A stretch of 64,000 nucleotides of DNA, taken from the IMG/VR virus record IMGVR_UViG_3300038299_000353, positions 1 to 64,000 of that record; one strand, written 5' to 3'. Below, in pieces: positions 1-8,827 of this stretch; the stretch's first letter is position 1, and the number at the start of each line of letters is the position of its first letter. A program made the translations under genes and the position numbers. Source of the DNA: a virus. Taxonomy: Duplodnaviria > Caudoviricetes. The notes under the pieces were generated by a model. It was given only the letters and a program-made list of their open reading frames with translations. It searched no databases and had not been told where the DNA came from.

Positions 1-357
1 AACGCTATCATACCAAGACCCGCAGCCGAAGCAGAAAATTGGTATGCTTGGAATCTAACGAATTGGGGTAGCAAGTGGGATGTGAGAGACTTGGTTGTAG
101 AATATGAAGACGATACTCAACTCAATTTATATTTTGCTACTGCTTGGAGTCCTATTACTCCCATCTTTGACGAATTGGTTGAGCGCGGCTTTAAAGTCTT
201 AGCCGAATACCAAGATGAGGGATATATGTTTGTAGGTGAATATGAAGATGGCAAAGAAACAGACTTTGAAATATTAGTCTGCGAGGATTGCCAAGAGCTT
301 GACGAACCGAACAACGAATGCAAATGCGAGGGAAATGGAGTAATCGTCGTGCGATAA
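1..357 (+). CDS. YubB/DUF1281-type ferredoxin-like protein, 5' truncated by the window edge
   Basis: Frame is open from base 1: ENWYAWNLTNWGSKWDV...YFATAWSP...YQDEG matches the WYxWxxxNWGTKW / FxTAWSP pattern. Confidence 0.7.
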   Translation, partial: NAIIPRPAAEAENWYAWNLTNWGSKWDVRDLVVEYEDDTQLNLYFATAWSPITPIFDELVERGFKVLAEYQDEGYMFVGEYEDGKETDFEILVCEDCQELDEPNNECKCEGNGVIVVR

Positions 358-375
358 CCAAACAAAAAAATAATT

Positions 376-549
376 ATGACTACAAAAGAAAGAATGAAAG
401 CTTGGGAGGATCTTGGCTCACCAAAACCAGACTGGGAAACGTTTAAGAGGATGTTAGCATCCTGCAATAATAATCCGTTAGTAGTTCGGACATTGTGGCT
501 GAAAAAGAATTCAAAAAAAGGCTTGACAATCACTCCAGATAATGCATGA
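376..549 (+). CDS. hypothetical protein, 57 aa (not in ORF track)
   Basis: MTTKERMKAWEDLGSPKPDWETFKRML...; A-rich leader; fills the gap between genes. Confidence 0.55.
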   Translation: MTTKERMKAWEDLGSPKPDWETFKRMLASCNNNPLVVRTLWLKKNSKKGLTITPDNA

Positions 550-581
550 TTGAAGATACTTAAAACTAACTAACACACATT

Positions 582-812
582 ATGGAAAACAAAAACATTG
601 AAGACATCATTATCGAATACTGTGAAGGTTTTGAGCATCTAGAATTTAACTATAGCGATTTACCCGAGATGGCAGAGAAGATAAAAGAGGAACTGGCTAC
701 GGAAAATCATCGGCTACGCATTGCACTGCACGAAGCAATCAATCTCCCCAAAGGTATCGTCCCGCACGAAGCCGAGGAGTTTTACGATCAAGACTTCTAC
801 TCCACCACATAG
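582..812 (+). CDS. hypothetical early protein
   Basis: ORF track; ACACACATT-ATG leader; TTGACA near 524. Confidence 0.7.
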   Translation: MENKNIEDIIIEYCEGFEHLEFNYSDLPEMAEKIKEELATENHRLRIALHEAINLPKGIVPHEAEEFYDQDFYSTT

Positions 813-832
813 CCCAACAGGGCGCACACATT

Positions 833-1219
833 ATGAAACCACTAAGCGAAACATACAAAGAACTAGGCATTGCATTTACATTCCCTATTGAGATTAGAGA
901 TGCACACGGTAACTTGACTTACTACGAGAACAGCAAGGGCTACTGCTATAAGCGTGAGTGCGACGCCAATGATAACGAGACTTACCGCGAGGACAGCAAG
1001 GGCTACTGGTGTAAGCGTGAGTGCGACGCCAAGGGCAATAAGACTTACTACGAGGACAGCGGGGGCTACTGGTGTAAGTATGAGTATGATGCCGATGGTA
1101 AAGCGACTTACTTCGAGAGCAGCAAGGGCTACAAGCAAGGAACTCCTCGTTCAGCTAAGACCTGCGAAGGTAAGGTCATTGAAGTTGATGGCATTAAATA
1201 CAAACTAATAGCTCAGTAG
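833..1219 (+). CDS. phage protein with 21-aa YYEDSxGYWxKRExDAxGN repeats
   Basis: About 3.5 tandem repeats in the translation. Confidence 0.75.
   Translation: MKPLSETYKELGIAFTFPIEIRDAHGNLTYYENSKGYCYKRECDANDNETYREDSKGYWCKRECDAKGNKTYYEDSGGYWCKYEYDADGKATYFESSKGYKQGTPRSAKTCEGKVIEVDGIKYKLIAQ
916..1132 (+). repeat. 63-bp coding tandem repeat
   Basis: GACTTA unit starts at 916, 979, 1042, 1105. Confidence 0.9.
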
Positions 1220-1231
1220 GGCGCACACACT

Positions 1232-1420
1232 ATGAAAACAGAAGAACTTATACACGTCGTGACTGATATTTCTGAAGCTATTGTTGAACACAGGATGGGC
1301 GCACACATTGTGTGGGAAGACAGGGAGGATGGATCAGAAGGTTTCACAGAAGAAGCCCAAGATCTATTTTGCGAAGTCTACGACATCATAGAACCCATAA
1401 TACTTAAACACATCAAATAA
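1232..1420 (+). CDS. hypothetical protein
   Basis: ORF track; GGGCGCACACACT-ATG leader. Confidence 0.65.
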   Translation: MKTEELIHVVTDISEAIVEHRMGAHIVWEDREDGSEGFTEEAQDLFCEVYDIIEPIILKHIK

Positions 1421-1423
1421 ATC

Positions 1424-1639
1424 ATGGAACTACTAAAAAATTACTTCGTCGAGCTGATCATTACTATTGGCGAATACGAAACCCATACCAATTATGTATA
1501 TTCAGCAATCAACGAATCTGAAGCGATTAAACTTATAGAGGAGGATTGCAATGATGACAATGATGAGAGGCATACCGAACTAACAAGCATAGTGGAATTA
1601 TCCGACGATGATTTTGCCGTACTAAGTAGATTCATTTAA
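1424..1639 (+). CDS. hypothetical acidic protein
   Basis: ORF track; tight gene packing. Confidence 0.65.
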   Translation: MELLKNYFVELIITIGEYETHTNYVYSAINESEAIKLIEEDCNDDNDERHTELTSIVELSDDDFAVLSRFI

Positions 1640-1658
1640 ACCCAACCAAATAAATAGT

Positions 1659-1871
1659 ATGACTAAAACAGAAGCACATATTCGCGCCTCCAACTTTTAT
1701 CTATGCGAGGCTTTGCCCGAAGACTTCGATAAGCTAGATGAGCAAGAGGTCACAGACTTCATCCGAGATAACAGGTGGGAGCCGTTTGAAGAGTGGGAAC
1801 CGCACGGAATTTGGGAGTTGATTGAAGACCTTGCATCTGAATTTCTTTCGATTTCTAAGAAAAACAATTGA
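1659..1871 (+). CDS. hypothetical acidic protein
   Basis: ORF track. Confidence 0.65.
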   Translation: MTKTEAHIRASNFYLCEALPEDFDKLDEQEVTDFIRDNRWEPFEEWEPHGIWELIEDLASEFLSISKKNN

Positions 1872-1896
1872 CACCGTAGACACCTTGTTATACATT
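1868..1896 (+). promoter_or_regulatory. sigma70-like early promoter TTGACA-N17-TACATT with no ORF directly downstream
   Basis: Motif read directly. Confidence 0.65.
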
Positions 1897-1902
1897 TTTA
1901 TC

Positions 1903-1980
1903 TTTCTGTTGTTACTAGTTATGTTGTAACGTTATGTGGTAGTCGTCCCATCTTGTGGTTAGGGTGGGGCGACATTACCA
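1903..1980 (+). ncRNA. candidate GU-rich small RNA with a GTGGTT-loop hairpin
   Basis: Own promoter; 13-bp stem 1942-1973 with the same loop as the hairpin at 2759-2790. Confidence 0.4.
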
Positions 1981-2044
1981 AATAGTCCAATTTAACTCGA
2001 AATATTCACAAATAACACAATTTAGTGCGAAATAAACCCAAATA
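1980..2044 (+). repeat. phased AAATA array, 10-bp period
   Basis: AAATA at 1980, 2000, 2010, 2030, 2040; AATTT at 1989, 2019. Confidence 0.8.
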
Positions 2045-2046
2045 AT

Positions 2047-2127
2047 ATGATAGGTCAAGAAGAATTATGTATGTGGACTCTAGTTGCAGTGGCAATTGTG
2101 TTTTACTATACTATATATTGTAGATAA
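2047..2127 (+). CDS. 26-aa hydrophobic micro-ORF
   Basis: MIGQEELCMWTLVAVAIVFYYTIYCR. Confidence 0.35.
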   Translation: MIGQEELCMWTLVAVAIVFYYTIYCR

Positions 2128-2190
2128 TTTTTTAATTCTTTTTTTAAAAAAGGTATTGACATACCATCTTACTGAGACATACTGAGAAGC

Positions 2191-2538
2191 ATGAAAGTAA
2201 GAGTATATCGCAACCTAACCAAAAAATGCCTCTCTGTCCAAACCATGACAGACAAGGGCTGGAGAGTAACCAGACACGTTCAATCCATTTGCTTGAGCGC
2301 AGCGTCTTTTAAAGTATCTGAAGCAGGGCGACAAAGAGTGCTGTTGCAGAAGAGGAAGAATGTCCACGCCTGGGTAGAGGGATACGAAACGGATTCATTT
2401 GACGAGTCAACCGCTAAGGGTGTTAGCTACAACCCATATAAATCATCTCATTTCTTTTTGAAGGACGCGCCAAGCATCCCAATCTTCAAAACCCCAGCAG
2501 CCAGAATAAAAACTTCGGGAATCGAAATTAGTTCTTGA
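2191..2538 (+). CDS. conserved phage hypothetical protein, probably leaderless
   Basis: VYRNL...VSEAGRQRV...KNVHA pattern; TTGACA 35 nt upstream of ATG. Confidence 0.75.
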   Translation: MKVRVYRNLTKKCLSVQTMTDKGWRVTRHVQSICLSAASFKVSEAGRQRVLLQKRKNVHAWVEGYETDSFDESTAKGVSYNPYKSSHFFLKDAPSIPIFKTPAARIKTSGIEISS

Positions 2539-2568
2539 CATCGGCATCAACCTATGCATAATAACACT

Positions 2569-2718
2569 ATGACCACAAAAGAAATTAAAGTAAGTTCTAT
2601 TCCATCGCCAGATACTTGGAGAAAGAAAGATGAGCTACTCGCCCAAGGATTTAAACACGTAAACAATATAAGTGTTCGAGGCTCTGATCGATTCACTATG
2701 GTCTTCACTAAAGATTAA
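2569..2718 (+). CDS. hypothetical protein, 49 aa, leaderless
   Basis: TTGACA at 2535, CATAAT at 2557, ATG at 2569. Confidence 0.6.
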   Translation: MTTKEIKVSSIPSPDTWRKKDELLAQGFKHVNNISVRGSDRFTMVFTKD

Positions 2719-2813
2719 AACTTTTTTCTGTTAACGTGTGTGTGTACGCGTGTGTGTTGCCGTCTAGTCTTGTGGTTAGGACTAGGCGGCTTTATGCATG
2801 CCCATACTCCGTC

Positions 2814-2848
2814 AAATAACTTGAAATAACTCTAAATAATATCAAATA
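2814..2848 (+). repeat. phased AAATA array
   Basis: AAATA at 2814, 2824, 2834, 2844. Confidence 0.85.
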
Positions 2849-2971
2849 AAGGAACTAGTCAAGATATATTACTGTATTTGTTTTTTCTGATCTATTTGCA
2901 AGGTAATTATTTTTTTAAAGTTTTTTAAAAAATTGTTGACATATGCTTTTTACTATGCATTATTAGAGATC

Positions 2972-3205
2972 ATGACAAACATAACTATAACACATAAACA
3001 ATCATACGGAAACGACCACTTGTATATCACGGGTGATAAAGCAGACAATTTAAAGAGCTTGCTAGGAAAGAAGACTGTTAATCTATCTGATTTAAAAAAC
3101 CTTCTTAAGCTTGGGGTAAAGTTTGACATTGACGCAAGCAGTCAAACATGCTTAAACATTACTTCCGCAATTAATCACGGTGCAAGCGAAATTATTTTTC
3201 CTTAG
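2972..3205 (+). CDS. hypothetical protein (start revised to ATG 2972)
   Basis: The track's TTG start overlaps the TTGACA promoter at 2936. Confidence 0.65.
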   Translation: MTNITITHKQSYGNDHLYITGDKADNLKSLLGKKTVNLSDLKNLLKLGVKFDIDASSQTCLNITSAINHGASEIIFP

Positions 3206-3243
3206 CACTTGACAAACCACAAAAACCATACATTATAACGACC

Positions 3244-3930
3244 ATGAAACTACTAACTACAAACACAAAACTAGAAAAAGATACCACTTGGCACACGCTA
3301 GGAATTCAGCTTGCGCCTTTTACCCTTGGGGGCTATGGCAATGTTTGCACAAGTGCAAGCCAAGGTTGCAGCGACGCTTGCTTATTTACAGCGGGGCGCG
3401 GTGCAATGCCTAATGTTAAAGATGCGCGTATTGCTCGCACAAAAAAGTTTTTCACTGATAAGAGAGGCTTTATGACGCAACTTTTTGAAGAAGTTGCTAA
3501 AGCTGAAAAAAGCGCCAGTCGAAAAGGTTTGAAACTTGCCATACGTTTAAACGTTCTTTCCGATTTGCCTTGGGAAAAAATTAAACATGAAAGCAAGACA
3601 GTTTTTGAGGCTTTCCCTCAAATCACTTTTTACGATTATACAAAGCATTTTAAACGCGCAATGGCATTTGCCAAGGGTGAAATGCCTAGCAACTATCACT
3701 TGACTTTTTCGCGCAGCGAGTCAAACGAAAACTTGGCTAAAATGATTCTCGAAATCGGTGGAAACGTTGCTTGCGTATTCCGCAATGAGTTGCCAAAAAC
3801 TTGGCAAGGTAAAAAAGTTATTGACGGTGATAAGAGTGATTTGCGATTCTTAGACGATTCAAACGTCGTCGTAGGACTAGCGCAAAAGGGCATGGCTAAA
3901 AAAGACGCAACGGGCTTCGTAATAGGGTAA
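3244..3930 (+). CDS. Gp88-family protein (Cys-cluster, radical-SAM-like)
   Basis: NxKLxK...VCxxASxGCxxxCL, IRLNVLSD, FYDYTK, NYHLTFS, DGDxSDLRFLD. Confidence 0.75.
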   Translation: MKLLTTNTKLEKDTTWHTLGIQLAPFTLGGYGNVCTSASQGCSDACLFTAGRGAMPNVKDARIARTKKFFTDKRGFMTQLFEEVAKAEKSASRKGLKLAIRLNVLSDLPWEKIKHESKTVFEAFPQITFYDYTKHFKRAMAFAKGEMPSNYHLTFSRSESNENLAKMILEIGGNVACVFRNELPKTWQGKKVIDGDKSDLRFLDDSNVVVGLAQKGMAKKDATGFVIG

Positions 3931-3953
3931 GACTAGCGCAAATATAATCAAAT

Positions 3954-3998
3954 ATGATATTTATAATTATTTTGCTTCTATTGATAGTAATAAACTAA
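3954..3998 (+). CDS. 14-aa hydrophobic micro-peptide MIFIIILLLLIVIN
   Basis: Paralog of 10915-10962 with synonymous codon differences. Confidence 0.45.
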   Translation: MIFIIILLLLIVIN

Positions 3999-4006
3999 AG
4001 TAAAGG

Positions 4007-4073
4007 GGGGGTGAAAGGGTTTCGATTTAAATTGTTTAATTTAAAGACGGTGGTTCAACTCCACCCACCTCCA
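4007..4073 (+). ncRNA. minimal tmRNA tRNA-like domain (TLD only)
   Basis: GGGGGTG/CACCTCC-A acceptor stem with G3.U70; GGTTTCGA D-loop segment; 8-bp hairpin TTTAAATT-GTTT-AATTTAAA; GAC; T-arm GGTGG-TTCAACT-CCACC. Confidence 0.8.
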
Positions 4074-4176
4074 TTATTTTTTTAAAAAAAATTAAAAAAC
4101 GCATTGACAATCATTATACGTTAACCTATTGTCATGGCATAAGATTAATTCTGATCTTATAAACCACATAAACCAA

Positions 4177-4398
4177 ATGAAATTAATTGACCAAGTGAAT
4201 CAGATTCAAAAAGATGCCCGTCTCTCTCTTATTAAAAAGTTTGCACGTAGGAAGCGTAAGTTTAGCTATGCCGACGCAATGAAAAGCATTGACGACAATG
4301 CTCCAAGCATCGCAACGGAAAATGCTCCAAGCGATTTGACATTCAATCGCGAAAAAGATGAGTTGACAAAAGATATAATGGAAAGAATTTTCGGTTAA
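4177..4398 (+). CDS. hypothetical protein (start revised)
   Basis: Promoter at 4104, +1 hairpin, AC-rich leader before ATG 4177. Confidence 0.6.
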   Translation: MKLIDQVNQIQKDARLSLIKKFARRKRKFSYADAMKSIDDNAPSIATENAPSDLTFNREKDELTKDIMERIFG

Positions 4399-4466
4399 CA
4401 TATGGTTATGGGAAGCGGTGCTTTTAGGTTGCACTGCTTCCCTTTTCCTATATAACTTTTATTACT

Positions 4467-4712
4467 ATGAAAACACACACACTACCACAAGACATAAAAG
4501 CATTGGTTTTAGATTTGATTCTAAAGAAAACTGATTTTGGCTGGCAACTTTTAAACTATACTATTAGCGCTAATAGAGTTGACCTAGATTTTGGTCATTC
4601 AAACAGACCCGACATAAGTAATAGCTTTTGCTTTAAACTAGATGATTTAGAAGTATCCAGGGCAAATCTAAATATTTGGATTAACCAGGTCAAAGCACCG
4701 TATCTTAAATAG
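4467..4712 (+). CDS. hypothetical protein
   Basis: ORF track. Confidence 0.6.
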   Translation: MKTHTLPQDIKALVLDLILKKTDFGWQLLNYTISANRVDLDFGHSNRPDISNSFCFKLDDLEVSRANLNIWINQVKAPYLK

Positions 4713-4897
4713 ATTCAAATACAACTATGATACAGGCGAAATAATAAAATAGCTTGCAAGCTCTTGTAATTGCCAAGAGCTTTTAAACAGTCTAGACTAT
4801 TTGTCGAGAGAAAACTTAAAAGGTTTTGTTTGTTTTAGTGCGAAAAAAACTTTAAAAAAATGTTGACAAGCCCATCTGTGTAGTAAATTATATACAT

Positions 4898-5074
4898 ATG
4901 AAAAAAGCCACAGACCTAATACCAGAAGCAATTGACTTCTTGACTCAGATGAACTACAACCACAATCGCAAGATGGGTGTTGAATCTAAAAAGTTTGATT
5001 TACTATACGGAGAAAAGAAAGTCTCTGTTATGGAAGAAAACTTTAAAAGGGTATTGACAATCAAAGAAAGTTAA
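4898..5074 (+). CDS. hypothetical protein, 58 aa, leaderless
   Basis: TTGACA at 4863, ATG 35 nt later; MKKATDLIPEAIDFL... Confidence 0.6.
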   Translation: MKKATDLIPEAIDFLTQMNYNHNRKMGVESKKFDLLYGEKKVSVMEENFKRVLTIKES

Positions 5075-5121
5075 ACATACTACTTTAACAACCAGCTCAG
5101 TAGGGCAAAGAGGTAAACTTT

Positions 5122-5304
5122 ATGAGTAAAAACCACTACGATGAATACAGCTTTCATTTTCTCATTGAATGGGATGATGGGCAACAAGTGCAACAGTCAC
5201 TAGATGGAGCATATAAGCGCGATGTTCCTTGGTGTGATATACACGCGCAAAATGACGATGCCGACTCGATTACACTAGAATCCATAAGTAAAAATTATGC
5301 CTAA
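5122..5304 (+). CDS. hypothetical protein
   Basis: ORF track. Confidence 0.55.
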   Translation: MSKNHYDEYSFHFLIEWDDGQQVQQSLDGAYKRDVPWCDIHAQNDDADSITLESISKNYA

Positions 5305-5318
5305 GAAACGCACACATT

Positions 5319-5411
5319 ATGGAATCCCAAGATATTATCGAAACCGCATTTTTCGGTTTCATATTCTTCCTGCTAATTCTTAGCGTGAGTTGTGTTATCT
5401 TAAATAAATAA
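5319..5411 (+). CDS. 30-aa membrane peptide
   Basis: GCACACATT-ATG leader; MESQDIIETAFFGFIFFLLILSVSCVILNK. Confidence 0.55.
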   Translation: MESQDIIETAFFGFIFFLLILSVSCVILNK

Positions 5412-5456
5412 CAATAACACCTTGACAGCCAAACAAAAATAAACATACTGTAAGTT

Positions 5457-5594
5457 ATGAAATCAGCAATTTTAAACAAAGCTATTTGGGTAGAGATCAT
5501 CGAAGAGGAAGGCAACTTATGTCTTGTTCGCGATAAAGATGTAAACGAAGTTTGGGTTCATAAAAATCATCTTGACGCAATTGAAACAGACTAA
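5457..5594 (+). CDS. hypothetical protein, 45 aa, leaderless
   Basis: TTGACA at 5422; MKSAILNKAIWVEIIEEEG...; TAATG coupling to the next gene. Confidence 0.6.
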   Translation: MKSAILNKAIWVEIIEEEGNLCLVRDKDVNEVWVHKNHLDAIETD

Positions 5595-5791
5595 TGAAAA
5601 CTGTAATTATAAATAGCGTTAGAAAGAATGTTATTATAAATAATATTATTTTAATATCATTCTCAACTATTCTATGCAGTTTATTTTGCTTCGCAATATT
5701 ACAAATAGCAGAGGATAGAGAAGTTAAAAGAATTGATTTGCAAGAGAAAGCTTGGAAGCAAAAAGGTTACAATCTAAATAATACTAAATAA
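5594..5791 (+). CDS. small membrane protein
   Basis: One hydrophobic segment. Confidence 0.55.
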   Translation: MKTVIINSVRKNVIINNIILISFSTILCSLFCFAILQIAEDREVKRIDLQEKAWKQKGYNLNNTK

Positions 5792-5980
5792 GACAAATAG
5801 ATGCAGATAAGTATAAACGTTCTACTAAACCAATTCATTGTAACTGAAAATGGCAAAAAGACTATTTTAACATTAGATGAGGTGGCAAATTATTTTAAAA
5901 AAAAAGGTTGACATGAGTTGTGCGCCATAGGATACTACTCGCTCAGTAGTAACTTATTAACCACATAACCAAAAAAACAC

Positions 5981-6223
5981 ATGACACAAGATACAGTAAA
6001 CGAAATTAAAGAACTCGCTCTCGCCAATTACGATGAGGGTGGTCACTGGGTAGTTGAATGCTTTTCCGATCAAGATATACTAGAGCATTTTAATTCCGTT
6101 AAAGACGCTAGAGAGTATTGGCTTCTTAAGCAGGAAAATGAAGATGAGAAACAAGCCGCTCATGAATTTTATAACGACGGTAAATTTTGGGCTGATTTTT
6201 ATAATGTAAAGACAAATGTGTAA
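5981..6223 (+). CDS. hypothetical protein
   Basis: ORF track; promoter near 5908; AC-rich leader. Confidence 0.7.
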   Translation: MTQDTVNEIKELALANYDEGGHWVVECFSDQDILEHFNSVKDAREYWLLKQENEDEKQAAHEFYNDGKFWADFYNVKTNV

Positions 6224-6237
6224 GTAATATGGTTTAA

Positions 6238-6266
6238 GCCGTCACTCGAAAGGGTGGCGGTTTTTT
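6238..6266 (+). terminator. intrinsic terminator
   Basis: GCCGTCACTC-GAAA-GGGTGGCGG then T-tract; same apex as the 6968 terminator. Confidence 0.8.
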
Positions 6267-6522
6267 CCTGCCCAAATACGACAAATAGATCGAAATAGAA
6301 TAGATAGCCCAAATAGTCTGAAATAAAGCAAATAAAACTATCCTGTCTATCCGTCAACATAATCCCTTTATTCATACCCGTGGAAATCGACGGGATTAGG
6401 TAGAATTTAAATTATTTGATTTAGAATCTTTTTTATTTTTTTTTCTGCATTTGCTTGACTCAAGCATTTCGATAGTCATTCTATACGTTATAGCAATTCT
6501 GCTATATTAAAACTAAGTCATT

Positions 6523-6957
6523 ATGAATAAACTAAATGCATTACAAACACTTCGCAAAGGCACATTTGCCATTGCTAGAATCGTCTCTAAAAAGAAGCCT
6601 TTAAAAGCTTTCGCTCAGCACGATATAACTAAAGTCATCCTTTGCACTGTTCGCACTGGCATTGAGTATCGTAACCTATCTGAAGTAAAAGACAATGGAA
6701 TCAAACCTAAGAACCTTCCTTGGGGCGAATGGGAATCCTATCCCTACGCTATTACTCACAAAGGCAATCGCTATTTGAGACTCTACTTGGGACAGTCTCT
6801 TAAAGTGTTTTATCTAGTTGACGGCGTAAAGGTTTCTTCCAGCCAAGCCAAGATCATGCTTCCAAGATCAAGCGGATCTTCAAAGCCGCTTTGCATAACT
6901 GTTAAAGAGGCTGGTTTAGTTAGTCTCAAACAGAAGGGTAAAGAGTTAATTAAGTAA
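6523..6957 (+). CDS. basic hypothetical protein, paralog of 11106-11552
   Basis: Shared LPWGEWExYPYxITHKGNRYLRLYLGQ. Confidence 0.85.
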   Translation: MNKLNALQTLRKGTFAIARIVSKKKPLKAFAQHDITKVILCTVRTGIEYRNLSEVKDNGIKPKNLPWGEWESYPYAITHKGNRYLRLYLGQSLKVFYLVDGVKVSSSQAKIMLPRSSGSSKPLCITVKEAGLVSLKQKGKELIK

Positions 6958-6967
6958 TACAATTTAC

Positions 6968-6997
6968 ATCGCTACTCGAAAGGGTAGCGATTTTTTT
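6968..6997 (+). terminator. intrinsic terminator
   Basis: ATCGCTACTC-GAAA-GGGTAGCGAT plus T-tract. Confidence 0.85.
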
Positions 6998-7101
6998 GTG
7001 TCCAAATAAAATAAATAGATCCAAATAACGGGAATCCTCACAAATAATGCAAATAATATATACGGGCATAGGCATCCAGCTATGTGCATCTGATTTTACT
7101 G

Positions 7102-7151
7102 CTATTAGATAATCTTATTTAGAATCATTCTAAAGTGAATGGCTATCAGGT
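7102..7151 (+). promoter_or_regulatory. conserved operator block with palindrome TTTAGAATcATTCTAAA (Fur-box-like), copy 1
   Basis: Also at 9002-9060 and 10292-10350. Confidence 0.65.
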
Positions 7152-7273
7152 AGCTCAAATTATTTTATCTATTTTAAAACAATTAATTTGACACAAGGTA
7201 AACTGATCTATCTATTGGGCAATGTAGCTATCGTATAGTTACCTTAGATTAAACCATCTAAACCATAAACATA

Positions 7274-8077
7274 ATGAAAACAGTAAATGCAAACGAAGCC
7301 CTCGCCCTCGATATCACTGAAACTGCTTTGAACGTAGAGTTTAAAGAGATTCGTATTAATGGCGAGTATTCGGCGACAGTAGGCAATGATCGCTCGATCC
7401 CAACATTTGACAAATTGCTTGCGCCTTTTGTCGATCTCTCAAACGCCATGCAAAGCGAATTCAATCCGTCGATTAAACTAATGCGTTCAAGTCATGGCGC
7501 TGACGGCACGATCTACTCGATCTCGATGCCTTACAAAATGATTAAGCTAGGCGAGCGCGATACAGAATGCCGCATCGTGCGTCATGGCTCTCTAAACTCG
7601 TCTTGCTCTGATCGCTTTGGTTTGCAAATGCTAGTTCAGATTTGCTCTAATGGCATGATGGGCTGGAAGTCTGAAGGTAATGCCGTCACACGCTTCACAG
7701 CGAACTGGCAAGGCATCTCAAAAGGGCGCATCGATCTTGCGCTTGGCTCTTTCGATTCGATGCAAGCGCATTACATGGAATTGGCTAATGATCTCAAAGC
7801 AATCACTTTGACTAGCGAGGGCGTTACTGATCGCTTAAACCGTATAGTTAAAGGCGAGTCGAAACGTGCTGAGAATATTCGCGAAGAGATTCGCGAGCTA
7901 TTCGTTTCGGGCAAAGGCAATCGCGGGCAAAACTCATGGGATTTGTTTAACGCTGTTACCGAATACGAGAATCACTACAAGGTGTATCGCAACACAAATG
8001 GCGTTACAAGCGACGAGAATCGCGCTAAGGGCGTTTTAGCCCTCGATACGGATAAGCTAGCAAGCTTGGTAGCGTAA
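7274..8077 (+). CDS. DUF932-family protein, copy 1
   Basis: VQICSNGM and WDLFNAVTEYENH motifs. Confidence 0.75.
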   Translation: MKTVNANEALALDITETALNVEFKEIRINGEYSATVGNDRSIPTFDKLLAPFVDLSNAMQSEFNPSIKLMRSSHGADGTIYSISMPYKMIKLGERDTECRIVRHGSLNSSCSDRFGLQMLVQICSNGMMGWKSEGNAVTRFTANWQGISKGRIDLALGSFDSMQAHYMELANDLKAITLTSEGVTDRLNRIVKGESKRAENIREEIRELFVSGKGNRGQNSWDLFNAVTEYENHYKVYRNTNGVTSDENRAKGVLALDTDKLASLVA

Positions 8078-8095
8078 GCGATTCTAAGCCCTCTC

Positions 8096-8124
8096 AAGCC
8101 CTCTCAAATAGAGAGGGCTTTTTT
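8096..8124 (+). terminator. intrinsic terminator
   Basis: AAGCCCTCTC-AAATA-GAGAGGGCTT plus T-tract. Confidence 0.85.
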
Positions 8125-8412
8125 GTGCGTAATAACTAGATAGATCTAAATAACTATAATAGCCCAAAATAAACCAAATAAAGTAATAGCCCAAAATAAA
8201 CAGGATAGAGCGAAATAAACCAAATAAAGGGTAGTGATTAGATAGGGTAGATCATTGCACCATGTGATTAAAAGGATTAATGTAAAACCGATTTACTATT
8301 AAAAAATCTTATACCGAATAAGATTGACACTGTTTCGAAATCGACTGAAAATGCAGGCTGTTCTTTTAACCCGCGCACGATGCGCACACATAAACCACAC
8401 ACACATATACAC

Positions 8413-8781
8413 ATGAAAAACTACATACAAATCGTTCGATCATTCATCCGCTTTCAGAAGAAAGAGGGTTTCAGTCTAATCAGTTCAACCGATGGGACTG
8501 GTTCAGTCCGAAAGGCTGATTGTCATCCAACAGTTTTAGCTGAATGGGTATGCTCATGCGAAGAGGGTGCATTAACCTTTGAGAAAGAGGGGCATCTGAT
8601 CACCGCTTTCGTAGTCCTTGGCAACGATGCCTGTGAGACTGTAGCGGACTGGAGCTGGAAGGCTAATGTCGATCTAGACGTTCTTAAGACATTTGAACGT
8701 GCTTGGGAAGCTTGGGAAGCGCGATGGGAAGAACCTATCGGTGCGGCGACTCTTCCAGAAGGATTCATCTCTTACGGATAA
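8413..8781 (+). CDS. hypothetical protein (start revised to MKNYIQ)
   Basis: (AC)n leader ends at ATG 8413; promoter at 8324. Confidence 0.7.
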   Translation: MKNYIQIVRSFIRFQKKEGFSLISSTDGTGSVRKADCHPTVLAEWVCSCEEGALTFEKEGHLITAFVVLGNDACETVADWSWKANVDLDVLKTFERAWEAWEARWEEPIGAATLPEGFISYG

Positions 8782-8794
8782 GACCAATCAATTC

Positions 8795-8827
8795 ATCCCC
8801 TGTCTGAAATATGACAGGGGATTTTTT
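8795..8827 (+). terminator. intrinsic terminator
   Basis: ATCCCCTGTC...GACAGGGGAT plus T-tract. Confidence 0.85.

Noticed and set aside
916-1132. 63-bp repeats as a CRISPR array or DGR template/variable repeat
   Set aside because: They are in-frame coding repeats with no unique spacers, and there is no cas operon or reverse transcriptase in the window
4007-4073. Ordinary tRNA-Ala or pseudo-tRNA
   Set aside because: No D-stem and no 7-nt anticodon loop; the flanking motifs are tmRNA-specific
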